A stretch of 64,000 nucleotides of DNA from Vulcanimicrobiota bacterium. GTDB taxonomy: Bacteria > Vulcanimicrobiota > Vulcanimicrobiia > Vulcanimicrobiales > Vulcanimicrobiaceae. Position numbers and translations under genes: made by a program. The stretch covers positions 192,001-256,000 of the forward strand of contig CAWETW010000002.1 in assembly GCA_963812155.1 (NCBI GenBank), in the 5' to 3' direction. Below the pieces are notes generated by a model. It was not told the origin of the DNA. It saw only the letters and a list, made by a program, of their open reading frames with translations, and did not search any database. Shown piece by piece: positions 20,450 through 30,343 of the stretch. Every line of letters starts with the position of its first letter. The stretch's first letter is position 1.

Positions 20450-21649
20450 ATGAGAGCGTCGCGTAGTCCACGCCCGAGTCTCACGCAGCTGGTCGTCTAT
20501 TTTCTCAAACTCGGAGCTACGGGATTCGGTGGACCCGTCGCGCTCGCAAACTATATGCGCGCCGACCTGTTCGAGCGCCGTAAGTGGTTCACGGAAGACG
20601 AATACGAGCAGGGGCTTGCGATCGCGACCGCGCTTCCCGGGCCGATGGCGTACAAGCTCGCTATCTACTGCGGGTACATCGCGCACGGCGTCGTGGGCGG
20701 CGTAACGGTCGGTTTCGCCTTCGCGATCGCGCCGTTTGTCTTAGTGGTGCTTGCCGCGTTCGTGTATACGCGCTACGCCGCATCAGATATAGTTCGCGGC
20801 CTGTTTTACGGCGTCGGCCCCGTCGTCGTCGCCCTTATTCTTAACGCATCGTTGGATCTCGGAGTGAAAACGCTCAAGCGGGAGGTTCCGGCCTGGATCG
20901 TCGCATTAGTCGCTCTCGCAGCGACGATCGCTCTGCAGCGTGAACTGACGATTATCTTCGTCCTTGCCGGCGTGCTCGGCATTTTTCTTTTCGCTCCACA
21001 GCCAAAGCCGCCGCCTGCAACGCCGGCCGCCGTAGGCCCTTCCCAGAAGGTCTCTGCCAACGCCCTGCCACTCCTTGCCGCCGCCGTGCCCGCGGCGGTG
21101 AACGGCATGGCATGGCAGCTCTTCGCGTTCTTCTTCAAGACCGGTCTGCTCGTCTTCGGAAGCGGCCTTGTGATCGTGTCGTTCGTCAAGGCTTACGTAG
21201 TAGATCAATACCACTGGCTCGACAACCGAACGTTTCTCGACGCCGTGGCGATCGGTATGATCTCACCCGGGCCCGTCGTCATCACCGCAACGTTTGTCGG
21301 GTACATCGTGGGCGGCCTCTTAGGCGCTGTAGCGGCGACCGTCGGCATCTTCCTCCCGTCGATCGTGCTGACTATCGTAGGCACGCCGATCCTGATGCGC
21401 TATCGCAGTAATCGAAGCGTTATGGGCTTTGTTCGAGGCGTAACCGTTGCCGTCGTAGGAGTTCTCGCGGGCACTACGTATCTCGTCGGCCGTCCCGTGA
21501 TCGGCGATCTTCTTACCGTTGTGCTCCTGGTCGCAGCGATCGTCGCGACTCGACGCGCGAAGAAGATTCCCGACCAAGCGCTAATTGTCGGCGGCGCTAT
21601 CGTCGGGCTCATCGCGTATCCCCTACTTCGGCCGACCTGGATTCAATAG
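20450..21649 (+). CDS. chrA: Chromate efflux transporter (long-chain CHR family)
   Basis: KLGATGFGGP, LPGP, KTGLLVFGSG, SPGPV, GIFLPS; two homologous halves. Confidence 0.92.
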   Translation: MRASRSPRPSLTQLVVYFLKLGATGFGGPVALANYMRADLFERRKWFTEDEYEQGLAIATALPGPMAYKLAIYCGYIAHGVVGGVTVGFAFAIAPFVLVVLAAFVYTRYAASDIVRGLFYGVGPVVVALILNASLDLGVKTLKREVPAWIVALVALAATIALQRELTIIFVLAGVLGIFLFAPQPKPPPATPAAVGPSQKVSANALPLLAAAVPAAVNGMAWQLFAFFFKTGLLVFGSGLVIVSFVKAYVVDQYHWLDNRTFLDAVAIGMISPGPVVITATFVGYIVGGLLGAVAATVGIFLPSIVLTIVGTPILMRYRSNRSVMGFVRGVTVAVVGVLAGTTYLVGRPVIGDLLTVVLLVAAIVATRRAKKIPDQALIVGGAIVGLIAYPLLRPTWIQ

Positions 21650-21686
21650 GCGTCCGCCTTGTGAAGCTCATTGAATAGAGAGCTTG

Positions 21687-21706
21687 GGTAGCCCTAACGG
21701 GAGTCG
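21687..21706. repeat. att-like fragment of a tRNA-Glu 3' end (distal copy)
   Basis: ggtagccctaacgggagtcg matches 50610-50629 (ggtagcgccaacgggagtcg) at 18/20, same orientation, intergenic, preceded by hairpin aagctc..gagctt (21664-21685). Confidence 0.65.
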
Positions 21707-21719
21707 TAATCTGAATCCC

Positions 21720-22358
21720 TCACAAGGTTCGGCGTATCACGATCGTCCCGATGATTCTTCCAAGTGCTGCCCAGACGAAAATTGATGCAAACACCACTAC
21801 TGACGGCCAGCCCAGACGGTCCGCCAAGCCAAGAGTCACAAGCGATCCGAATCCGATGCTGCCAAGACGAGCCACAGACATGACGCCGATACGCTGCTCG
21901 TCGGTTCCGATCTCGTTCCATCGAATTCGCATGCAAATCAGATACAGCGCCATGAGCAACAGCCAAACCGCGGAGAATGTAACGATATAGCTAGCGGCGG
22001 CTACGGTCTCTTCAACGGTTCCTTGAAAATGAACGAATACTTGAAGTTGGTAGACGAGCCACACCACGAGAGCGAGGGTGACAAAGTTCAGGGCGATGGT
22101 GAGCGGCGTTGGCACAAAGAAGTACTCGAACAGACGATTGTGCGAGTACCAAAGGATGGATACGACGAGGAAGGTGAAAGCGAACGCGGCGAGAGCGAAC
22201 GGCTGAGTGTAAACATTTATCGCATGATGCGGTAAAGCTAAGTTAAGGCTCATCATGCCGAGACTCAAACCCAGCACGATATCGAAGAATGTTTCTAGGC
22301 GATGCGTAAATCGCTGAGCGTGTGCGTCCGAGAAACGCCCGACTTCCAAGGAATGCAA
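21720..22358 (-). CDS. TMEM175-family potassium channel-like protein
   Basis: RLETFFDIVLGLSLGMMSLNL resembles RLEAFSD..FAIA.TL; W..HNRLF; about six TM segments. Confidence 0.75.
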   Translation of the reverse strand: MHSLEVGRFSDAHAQRFTHRLETFFDIVLGLSLGMMSLNLALPHHAINVYTQPFALAAFAFTFLVVSILWYSHNRLFEYFFVPTPLTIALNFVTLALVVWLVYQLQVFVHFQGTVEETVAAASYIVTFSAVWLLLMALYLICMRIRWNEIGTDEQRIGVMSVARLGSIGFGSLVTLGLADRLGWPSVVVFASIFVWAALGRIIGTIVIRRTL

Positions 22359-22656
22359 GGTTACACCGTTCTTTTAGGCAGTTTCGATGCTACATTATAG
22401 CAGACTGCTACGCAGTGTTGATGCGTGGCTCGAGGAACATTGCGGCTTGCGATCTACCGCAGCGCCTTCACTGGCCGGATGAATCGGCCGTTTTGGATGT
22501 ATCGAACCCGAGAGCGGTAGCTACCCTCATTGAAACCGCCGCAGCGGCCGTTCCTACGACGTGAGGGCCAGATCGAATGTTCGCGATGCTGTGGGTCGCT
22601 ACAATCATGCCTGCGCGGGGCCTTATTGACGCCGCTGCACTCCGCTTGCCTTCCCG

Positions 22657-23223
22657 TTAGATATATCGGCGCACTCGCTTCCGGTAAGCCTGATATTCAT
22701 TGCCGTAGTGAGATGCGAGATAGACCTCTTCTCGCAGTACCTGCCGATGGAAGAGCGCAACGAACGCAAACAAGTACAACAGAAACAGCCAAGTCGGCAA
22801 GACGAGGAATTGGCCGGAAAGCACCATCGTAAAAGCGACGTACATGGGATTGCGGCTGTAGGCAAACAGACCGGTCGTGACCAGGCTATCCGGGCGTTCC
22901 ATATCGATGCCGATGCGAAAGCTTGAACCAAATGCGACAAGCGTCGCGGCCATGAGGCCGAGTCCGGCCGCGCAAAGCCCGACGCCGGCCCACGCAACGA
23001 CGGCCGATGTGAAAAGCAAGGGCAGAGCAAGGCTTGGCCAATGCAGCGCACTTGCAAAAATGAGATAGAAATAAAACAAGGCAAAGGGCGGAATGAGGAA
23101 GTCCGTCTTGTCGATTGCACCGAACTTCGTCGCAACGATTCCGCGCCTGCGCAGGATCGCGGTGCGCGTAAGGACTATGCCGACGAGGAGCACGATAGCT
23201 AGTGCCGCGAGCTTATGCGTCAT
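22657..23223 (-). CDS. Isoprenylcysteine carboxylmethyltransferase / PEMT-family membrane methyltransferase
   Basis: FRIGID...LVTTGLFAYSRNPMY, REE..L...YG.EY..Y...VRRYI. Confidence 0.88.
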   Translation of the reverse strand: MTHKLAALAIVLLVGIVLTRTAILRRRGIVATKFGAIDKTDFLIPPFALFYFYLIFASALHWPSLALPLLFTSAVVAWAGVGLCAAGLGLMAATLVAFGSSFRIGIDMERPDSLVTTGLFAYSRNPMYVAFTMVLSGQFLVLPTWLFLLYLFAFVALFHRQVLREEVYLASHYGNEYQAYRKRVRRYI

Positions 23224-23382
23224 ACTGGCGTACCGACCGATGAGTGCGGTCGTACTTCGTCGTAGTCCTTTTTCTTTCAACGATGACCGAAGAGCAAGTT
23301 GTCGAAGAACTTCGGAAAGGCGATGCCTAGAAGTGTTGTCCACATGGGAAGTAGCATTCGGTCGCATGGAACGGGTAAGCGC

Positions 23383-24900
23383 ATGAGCCGTGCCGTGTGG
23401 TTCGCGACAGCGCTCGTGGCCACGGCCGTGGCCATCGTGCACTTGATGAGTGCGGGTCGCTACGGCTTCTTTGCCAACGAGCTGTACTTTATCGTCTGCG
23501 GCCGCCACCCGGCGATCGGCTACGTCGACCAGCCGCCGCTGGTGCCGCTGCTCGCCGCCGCGACGCAGATCGGCGGCATCAACGTCTGGCTGCTGCGCCT
23601 GCCCGCGGTGCTCGCGGCCGTAGCACTCGTGCCGCTGGTCGTGGCGCTTGCACGGTTGCTCGGCGGAAGCACGCGCGCGGCCTGGCTCGCCGCTATCGCT
23701 GCTGCTGCGTCTCCGATGATAACGGCGATGAGCGCGGCGCTGTCGACATCGACCTTCGAGCCGCTGGCCTTTACCGCCGTGGCCTACTTCGTTTCGCGCG
23801 GCGTGCTGCTGGCGGAGTCCCGCGCCTTTTGGTGGGCGGGCTTAATCGCAGGCATCGCGCTGGAAGCGAAATACGGCATCGTATTTTGGTTGCTGGGAAT
23901 CGCGTTGGGGCTCGCGCTCTTCGGCGATCGTTCGGTCTGGCGGTCGCGAGATTTTTGGATTGGTGCGGCGATCGTGGCGCTGCTCGCGCTTCCGAACGCC
24001 GCCTGGCAGGTGGCACACGGGCTTCCATTCCTAGAACTGGTACGCAACGACAACGCCGGAAACTTAACGGGCAGTCCACTGCGCTTCTTGCTGGATCAGC
24101 TTTTCCTGATAAACGTCCTGCTCGCGCCGCTATGGATCGCAGGCATCGTCGCGCCCTTCGCTTCGAAGCGAATGGCGCCGTCGCGGTTTCTTTCGGTGGC
24201 ATTCGTGGTAACTGCCGTACTGGTAGTCGCCACCCACGGCAAGGACTATTATTTAGCCGGTGCCTATCCGACCATGTTCGCCGTCGGCGCCGTGGCGTGC
24301 ACGCGCCTTTGGCGCTGGTTCGTCGCGATCTGGGCGGTACTCACTGCAGCAAATGGAGCACTGGCGCTGCCCTTCGTTCTGCCGCTGGAGCCGCCCGCGC
24401 GGCTCGCCGAGTCACTCGACCGGATGAACTTTCGTCCGCCGCCAATGGAGAAAGCGTGTGTCGGAGCACCGCTTGGATGCATCTTCTCGCTGGAGTTCGG
24501 ATGGGAGGAGGTCGCGCAACGCACTGCCGACGTCTATGCGGCGTTGCCACCCGCCATTCGCGATAAGGCAGCCATTTTAGCGTCGAACTACGCTGAGGCC
24601 GCGGCAATCGACATCTACGGAAAAGGCTTGCCGCCGGCATTGAGCGGCAACAACCAGTATTATCTTTGGGGCCCGCGCGGCTACGACGGCTCCGTGGTGA
24701 TCGCCGTCGGCTTCGAACCATCTGCGTTAGCACCACTTTGCGGTTCGGTCGCCCTCGCGTCGCGATACGGAACCTCGCCGTATGAGATGCCATACGAACG
24801 CAATCGTTTCATCATCATCTGCCGCAACGTGCACCCGTCGCTCGCGGCACGCTGGAGCGAGTTCAAGCACTACGGTATCGAGTATTGGCCGCGGCGCTAA
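23383..24900 (+). CDS. Glycosyltransferase family 39-like (PMT/ArnT-type) membrane protein
   Basis: YGFFANELYF..CG.H.A.GYVDQPPL, KY, PN..WQ..HG.P, NY.EAAA, SG.NQYYLWGP. Confidence 0.88.
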   Translation: MSRAVWFATALVATAVAIVHLMSAGRYGFFANELYFIVCGRHPAIGYVDQPPLVPLLAAATQIGGINVWLLRLPAVLAAVALVPLVVALARLLGGSTRAAWLAAIAAAASPMITAMSAALSTSTFEPLAFTAVAYFVSRGVLLAESRAFWWAGLIAGIALEAKYGIVFWLLGIALGLALFGDRSVWRSRDFWIGAAIVALLALPNAAWQVAHGLPFLELVRNDNAGNLTGSPLRFLLDQLFLINVLLAPLWIAGIVAPFASKRMAPSRFLSVAFVVTAVLVVATHGKDYYLAGAYPTMFAVGAVACTRLWRWFVAIWAVLTAANGALALPFVLPLEPPARLAESLDRMNFRPPPMEKACVGAPLGCIFSLEFGWEEVAQRTADVYAALPPAIRDKAAILASNYAEAAAIDIYGKGLPPALSGNNQYYLWGPRGYDGSVVIAVGFEPSALAPLCGSVALASRYGTSPYEMPYERNRFIIICRNVHPSLAARWSEFKHYGIEYWPRR

Positions 24901-25126
24901 AGTCATGAAGTAAAGAGTCCTTCACGCGGCGAGTTCTCTGGAAACCGTTAGATCGCCGGAGAAGCGGGCGCTTTGTCGCCGCTGCAGGCCTATTTCCTCT
25001 TCTCGGGCAGGCGTCGGCGTAAGTCCCCAACACTAGGGAACAATGTCCGCGGAAGCGTGCGGCCGACTCCCGAGCCGGAGGGCCCGCTTTTGCACATTCT
25101 TGCGGCAGCGATTTGGAGGTGCAGTC

Positions 25127-26110
25127 ATGATCAAGCGCTTTGTCGCTCTTCTCGGAATCACGATTCTTGTAGGCTCTCTGCGTACCGGCGCATTGGCGCA
25201 GAACGCGATCAATGCGACCGGCAGTTGGAGCATGACGCCCAGCGGTGAGGCGTTGGCGAATGGTCAAGTCAAAGTGCGGCAGGATGGGTCGGCTGTCGTC
25301 GGCACGTACGGACAAAACGGACATTTCGAAGGGAAATTCCAGCCCGGCACCCTGCAGGTGGATGCGAATTGGAACGACTCGCGTGGCACCGGTTGGATGA
25401 CGATCGTCTTTGCAGCCAACGGAAGAAGTTTTTCCGGCCAGTGGGGACGTCCAGGCAGCAGCCCAAGCGGACATTTTGAAGCGGTTCGCTTCGCCTACCC
25501 GAATGTGTCCGGACTCTATTACGTGAACGTTACCGGCGGGACGGAAATGACGTCGCGCCGCGTCAGCCTTCATCAGTTAGGGTTAGATGTCGTCGGCAAT
25601 TTGGGTCCTGGAACTCAACTCGACGGCACCATCGACTCCGACACTTACACGCTGACCGGCAGTTGGAAGGAACCGAACGGAAGCGGCTGGATCAAACTCC
25701 AGTTTGCCGACAACGGCAAGAGTTTTCAGGGCACCTGGGGCCTGGCGCCAGGCGCGGAAGCTGCCGGGCAGATCAGCGGAAGCGTCGCCGACACCGCGCA
25801 GCTCCGCGTCAACGGTCTCTGGGAGATTGCGTCCAGCGGCGGCGCTTTTTCCGGCAACCATTTGAAGCTCGAGCAACAGGGACAGACGGTCACCGGCAAT
25901 TTTAAGGATGGGCACCTGCAAGGAACGCTTACCCGAGGCTCCTCATCGCTGAGTGGCACCTGGAGGGACGCGCACGGCACCGGATACGTCGCCATTAAAT
26001 TCACATTGGACGGCATGCATTTCCAAGGCACCTGGTCGCGGAAAGGCGGGAGCAGCGGAAGCCTCATAGGGAAGCGCGTGACATCCGCAATGCCGGCGTT
26101 GCGCAACTAA
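25127..26110 (+). CDS. Secreted protein with three tandem about 95-aa Gly/Trp-rich beta-barrel-like repeats
   Basis: GGAGGT SD; signal peptide; three copies of Q.G..V.G....G...G......L.G.W....G.G....F..(N/D)G..F.G.W. Confidence 0.8.
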   Translation: MIKRFVALLGITILVGSLRTGALAQNAINATGSWSMTPSGEALANGQVKVRQDGSAVVGTYGQNGHFEGKFQPGTLQVDANWNDSRGTGWMTIVFAANGRSFSGQWGRPGSSPSGHFEAVRFAYPNVSGLYYVNVTGGTEMTSRRVSLHQLGLDVVGNLGPGTQLDGTIDSDTYTLTGSWKEPNGSGWIKLQFADNGKSFQGTWGLAPGAEAAGQISGSVADTAQLRVNGLWEIASSGGAFSGNHLKLEQQGQTVTGNFKDGHLQGTLTRGSSSLSGTWRDAHGTGYVAIKFTLDGMHFQGTWSRKGGSSGSLIGKRVTSAMPALRN

Positions 26111-26167
26111 CTTCTTAACAAGGCGCTCCGGCGAATGACGACCGTCCCGGTGGATCTTCGGAGCGGT

Positions 26168-27064
26168 CTAGACGTTCGCGATTGCGCCCGTCGTGTCGCG
26201 CAGCGGTCGCCCAGATCGCCCGTTCAATACGCTCAGTATCTCTGCAAGAATCGAGCAGGCGATCTGTGCGTTGGTAACGGCACCGAGATCGAGTCCCACT
26301 GGGCCGCGAACACGGTCGAGGACGGCTTGGTCGTAACCGAACGCACTTAGCGCTTCGCGCCGCACTAACTGAGACCGCCGGCTTCCCAGCGCGCCGATGT
26401 AAGGGATCGTTGAAGCCAGTGCGCAGCGAATCGCGGGCACGTCGATCTTGACGTCGTGCGCGAGTGCGACGACCGCATCGGCGTGCTCGAGCAATGCGAG
26501 GAGTACGTCGTCAGGCCATCCGACGATCAAATCGTCGGCATCCGGATGCCGGCGTTGCGTTGCAAACGCCGGCCGTGGATCGACGACCGTAACGTGGAAG
26601 TCGACGGCGCGGGCGGCGCGCGTCAGATGCGATGCAAGATCGGTCGCCCCCACGATGACGAGCCGGCGCTTTCTTGGAATATGCAGGAGGTGCCCGCCGC
26701 AGAGGAACGTGACCGCATCGGAACCGCTCGAGACTCGATCGGCGATCGAAGCAAATTCCTTCGGCGGCCTCCAGACGACGACGGTTAGCGATGCACCGCA
26801 TGCCGATCCGTCGAGTAGCTCGTCGCTCATATCGAACTCGAGCGTACGATCCGTCGTATCGCGCAACGCAGTGCGCGCAGCGTCGACTATTTCGCTCTCG
26901 TGACAACCTGCACCGATGTTGCCGGTAATCGCGCCGTCGGAATCGACGACGAGTGACGTGCCGATCGGCGCCGGTGCGGAGTTGCGCGTCGCGACCAGCG
27001 TCGCGACGGCGAACGGATTTTCATCCCGCAAGCGGATTGCGATTGCGTCGTATATCTCACGCAT
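26168..27064 (-). CDS. xdhC: XdhC/CoxI molybdoenzyme maturation factor
   Basis: SAPAPIG, GNIGAGCHE, CG, VVDPRPAFA, HD.KID, YIGALGSRR, GPVGLDLGA. Confidence 0.92.
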   Translation of the reverse strand: MREIYDAIAIRLRDENPFAVATLVATRNSAPAPIGTSLVVDSDGAITGNIGAGCHESEIVDAARTALRDTTDRTLEFDMSDELLDGSACGASLTVVVWRPPKEFASIADRVSSGSDAVTFLCGGHLLHIPRKRRLVIVGATDLASHLTRAARAVDFHVTVVDPRPAFATQRRHPDADDLIVGWPDDVLLALLEHADAVVALAHDVKIDVPAIRCALASTIPYIGALGSRRSQLVRREALSAFGYDQAVLDRVRGPVGLDLGAVTNAQIACSILAEILSVLNGRSGRPLRDTTGAIANV

Positions 27065-27626
27065 TCGCAAACGCCTCCCACTGCGCGGGAGAGTCGAGGT
27101 CTAGAAATGCCGACGCGTCGGGACACGTCCATTGGGCTCGAACGAACGACGCATCCTCGCGAGCCACGCTTAGCGTGTCTCCGTCCGGCAATGCTTCGAG
27201 CTTGGCACGTGTGCTCGGCGCAAACAGAACGGGATGTCCAGGAGCTCCCTCGGCGCTTCTCGGAAACGCAACGTCGACAGCGCCGGACAACAACGACTCG
27301 GTTCGCGCGATCGTCGCGTCCGTCATTGCAGGCATATCGCCGAGAAGAACGCCGACTGCTTCGTTGCGACCAATGAACCGTAGCGCGATGCGCAGCGAAT
27401 GGGCCATCCCACGCCACGGCTCTTCATTCGCAAGTACCAGCGATCGCGGTATCATCCGGCCCGCTGCCTCGCGCAGCCTAGGCGCTACCACGAGGATGCT
27501 GTTGCGAATACCGAGCGCAAGGCCGACACGCTCCAACGGCGCCGCGTGGCCGCATCGGAGAATGGTCTTGTCGAACCCCATCCGCCGAGCGTTCCCAGCT
27601 GCCAAAACGACGTAGCGAACCTTCAG
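27057..27626 (-). CDS. Molybdenum cofactor cytidylyltransferase-like nucleotidyltransferase (MocA family), probable CTG start
   Basis: VVLAAGNARRMGFDK, GMAHSL, LGDMP, GHPVLF, DLDSP; GGAGGT 6 nt before CTG at 27626. Confidence 0.85.
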   Translation of the reverse strand: MKVRYVVLAAGNARRMGFDKTILRCGHAAPLERVGLALGIRNSILVVAPRLREAAGRMIPRSLVLANEEPWRGMAHSLRIALRFIGRNEAVGVLLGDMPAMTDATIARTESLLSGAVDVAFPRSAEGAPGHPVLFAPSTRAKLEALPDGDTLSVAREDASFVRAQWTCPDASAFLDLDSPAQWEAFANA

Positions 27627-30343
27627 ACGGCCACCTCCTGGAGGCGCGCGAAAATACGGTCCTCGGTAAAGGGTAAGCTCGTAAAGCGGAGGCCCGTGGC
27701 GGCGCGCAACGCATTTCCGATGGCCGGCGGAACGGGATTGTTCGTGTTCTCCGAGATCGATTTTGAACCGAGCGGCCCGATTGGGTCGTGCGTGTCGGCG
27801 AAGAATACTTCGGTTTCGGGCGCGTCGGCGAAAGCGGGAATGCGATAGTTTCTCAACGTTGGATTTACGACCGCCCCCTGCGCGTCGTAGACCATTTTCT
27901 CTTGCAGCGCGTACCCGACGCCCATGACGACGCCTCCCACGGCCTGCCCGCGCAGCTGGTGCGGATTCATCACCGTACCGGCGTCGACTGCCTCAATGCT
28001 GTAGAGAATGACGATCTCGCCGGTGACGCGGTGCACGGCCAATCGCACGCCGTAAGCGATGAACGCGACCGTACGCGGCGAGCCGTACGCTTTGCGGAAC
28101 GCGGTGAAATCGACGCCTTCCTTCACTCCTTGCGCGTACAGGTCGGGCAGGGATACTTTCTTCTCCCCGCAGAGCACTTCGCCATCGACGAGCGAGCACC
28201 GGTCGAGTCTTTCGCCGGTTGCTCGGCTCGCGTAACCCAAGATCTTCTCTCGCAACGCAACCGCGGCATTCTCGACCGCCTTGGCCGGGACCATCATGCC
28301 GGCACTAGCAAACGTCCCGGTGTCGTAAGGCGTCTTGTCGGTATCGGCGTTCAGCATTGAAACGCGCGATGTGGAGCAGCCCATGACCTGCGCAACGATT
28401 TGCTGCTGCGCGGTGACGAGACCGTTGCCGATCTCGGTGGAACCCACCGTAAAATGATATCGGCCGTCCTCGAGCAGCTCGATAACCGAACCGGATCGCT
28501 GTTCCGTCGGCGGAACGCAATCGAGCATCGTGATGGCCATCCCGCTCCCTTCGAGCCAATGCTCGCCTTCCGGTTTGGCGCGACCTCGTTTGGCTTTCAT
28601 GCCCTTCTCGACGGCGTCAATGCACTGATCGAGACCATAACTGCTGATCGAGAGGTCCGAGACGTCTTTCCCGGCCGCTTCGAGGTTGTCGTTGGGACCG
28701 ACGACGTTCTTCCGACGGAATTCGATCGGATCCATGTCGATCATGTGTGCCAGCTCGTCGATTGCCGATTCCAGCGCAAAGGTCGTTTGCGACGTTCCGT
28801 ATCCGCGGAATCCGCCGCCGCAGTGCGTGTTGGTATACACGGCGTACCCGTCGCCTTTTTTGTTGGCGCTCTTGTAGAGGCTCCACGGACCAGACATGCC
28901 GTTCGCGAGCGTTTCGCCGCCATGGTTGCCGTACGCGCCGGTGTTCGAAACCACGCGATATTGGATCGCAGTGATTTCTCCCGCTTTGGTAGCGCCGAGT
29001 TTGAGCCGAACCTTCATCGGATGCTTCGTCGTTGCGCCGATGAACTGTTCTTCGCGAGTAAATTCCCATTTCACCGGCCGGCCCGTCTTGAGCGTCGCTA
29101 GGAGCGGGAGATCTTCGCTCATCATGTCCTGCTTGCCGCCGAAACCGCCGCCCACACGTTCGCAGAAAACGTGGACGTCCGAAAGATTCAGCCCAAAAAT
29201 AAAGCACAGCTTAGCCTGGACGATGAACGGCCCTTGGACGCTCGTCCGGATGTGATATCTGCCGTCCTCGCCCTTCCAACTGATGGATTGCATCGTTTCG
29301 AGATGGACGTGCTGCTGGCGCGGCGCGAAATACGTATCTTCATAGATCGCGTCGGCAAGCGCAAAGCCGGCCTCGACATCTCCCGTTTCGCCGTGCATCT
29401 CCAAGAAAATATTCTGTTCGGGATGCATCGCGCGGGAAAACTCGCCCTTGTCGTGGATGCGCGGTGCACCAGGCAGCATCGCCTCTTCGGGATCGTAGAC
29501 CGCCGGCAGAATCTCGTACTGCACTTCGAGCTTACGCACGCCCTCTTCGGCCGCGGCTTCGGTATCGGCGACGACCGCGGCGATGCGCTGACCGACGAAG
29601 CGCGCGACGTTGTCGAGCATGTACGTATCGTCGGGGTCGACGCGATTGTCCTCGTGGATCGCCGTCGTGTAGAGTTTGCGAGGCACGTCTTCCCAGGTGA
29701 ATACATCGACCACGCCGGGAACTGCGAGCGCTTTCGATTTGTCGATCGACGCGATACGAGCGTGGGCGTGCGGCGAGCGCAGGACCTTGAGATGCAGCAA
29801 ACCTTTCGGCTCAGAAATATCGGTGGTGTAGCGGGCGTGTCCGGTGACGATGTCGCGAGCAAAGGGATTGGGCACGCTTTCACCTTGCGACGTTCCGGCG
29901 GTATCTCGCTCGACGTTCTTAACGCCCGCGAACGCATCGCGAATCGAGCCATACCCCGTGCAGCGGCACAAGTTTCCTTTCAGCGCCTGCGGGAGATCGT
30001 GTTTCTGCTCTTCCGTCAGCGAGGCTCCCGTCATGATCATACCGGCCGTGCAGTATCCACATTGAAAAGCTTGAGCGTCGAGGAAAGCCTGTTGCATTGG
30101 ATGGAGCGCCCCGTCGTTCGCCAATCCCTCGATCGTCGTGACGTGCTTGCCTTCGGCTCGAAACGCCGGGTAGAGGCAACTGTGCACCGGCTTTTGGTCG
30201 ACCCACACCGTGCAGGCGCCGCAGTCGCCCCCGTCGCAGCCCTTCTTCGTTCCATACCATCCGAGATCGCGCACGAAAGTGCGCAGGCACTGGCCCGGTG
30301 CCGGCGCTGCCGAGTATTCCTTTCCGTTCAGATAAAAGTTCAC
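27623..30343 (-). CDS. Xanthine dehydrogenase-family protein, fused 2Fe-2S and molybdopterin-binding subunit
   Basis: GCDGGDCGAC, QCGYCTAG, GNLCRCTGY, RSPHAHA, VGGGFGGKQ, FRGYG; GAGGAG SD and GTGA overlap at 30343. Confidence 0.95.
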   Translation of the reverse strand: MNFYLNGKEYSAAPAPGQCLRTFVRDLGWYGTKKGCDGGDCGACTVWVDQKPVHSCLYPAFRAEGKHVTTIEGLANDGALHPMQQAFLDAQAFQCGYCTAGMIMTGASLTEEQKHDLPQALKGNLCRCTGYGSIRDAFAGVKNVERDTAGTSQGESVPNPFARDIVTGHARYTTDISEPKGLLHLKVLRSPHAHARIASIDKSKALAVPGVVDVFTWEDVPRKLYTTAIHEDNRVDPDDTYMLDNVARFVGQRIAAVVADTEAAAEEGVRKLEVQYEILPAVYDPEEAMLPGAPRIHDKGEFSRAMHPEQNIFLEMHGETGDVEAGFALADAIYEDTYFAPRQQHVHLETMQSISWKGEDGRYHIRTSVQGPFIVQAKLCFIFGLNLSDVHVFCERVGGGFGGKQDMMSEDLPLLATLKTGRPVKWEFTREEQFIGATTKHPMKVRLKLGATKAGEITAIQYRVVSNTGAYGNHGGETLANGMSGPWSLYKSANKKGDGYAVYTNTHCGGGFRGYGTSQTTFALESAIDELAHMIDMDPIEFRRKNVVGPNDNLEAAGKDVSDLSISSYGLDQCIDAVEKGMKAKRGRAKPEGEHWLEGSGMAITMLDCVPPTEQRSGSVIELLEDGRYHFTVGSTEIGNGLVTAQQQIVAQVMGCSTSRVSMLNADTDKTPYDTGTFASAGMMVPAKAVENAAVALREKILGYASRATGERLDRCSLVDGEVLCGEKKVSLPDLYAQGVKEGVDFTAFRKAYGSPRTVAFIAYGVRLAVHRVTGEIVILYSIEAVDAGTVMNPHQLRGQAVGGVVMGVGYALQEKMVYDAQGAVVNPTLRNYRIPAFADAPETEVFFADTHDPIGPLGSKSISENTNNPVPPAIGNALRAATGLRFTSLPFTEDRIFARLQEVAV

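Noticed and set aside
22360..22650. Short ORFs or ncRNA in the gap between TMEM175 and the methyltransferase
   Set aside because: No recognisable motif, SD or stable fold; probably decayed DNA
24931..25012. Glycine riboswitch call
   Set aside because: Only loose word matches, core consensus broken, and the downstream gene is unrelated to glycine
28987..28996. tggtagcgcc match to the tRNA 3' end
   Set aside because: Lies in intact xdh coding sequence (LGATK); chance 10-mer
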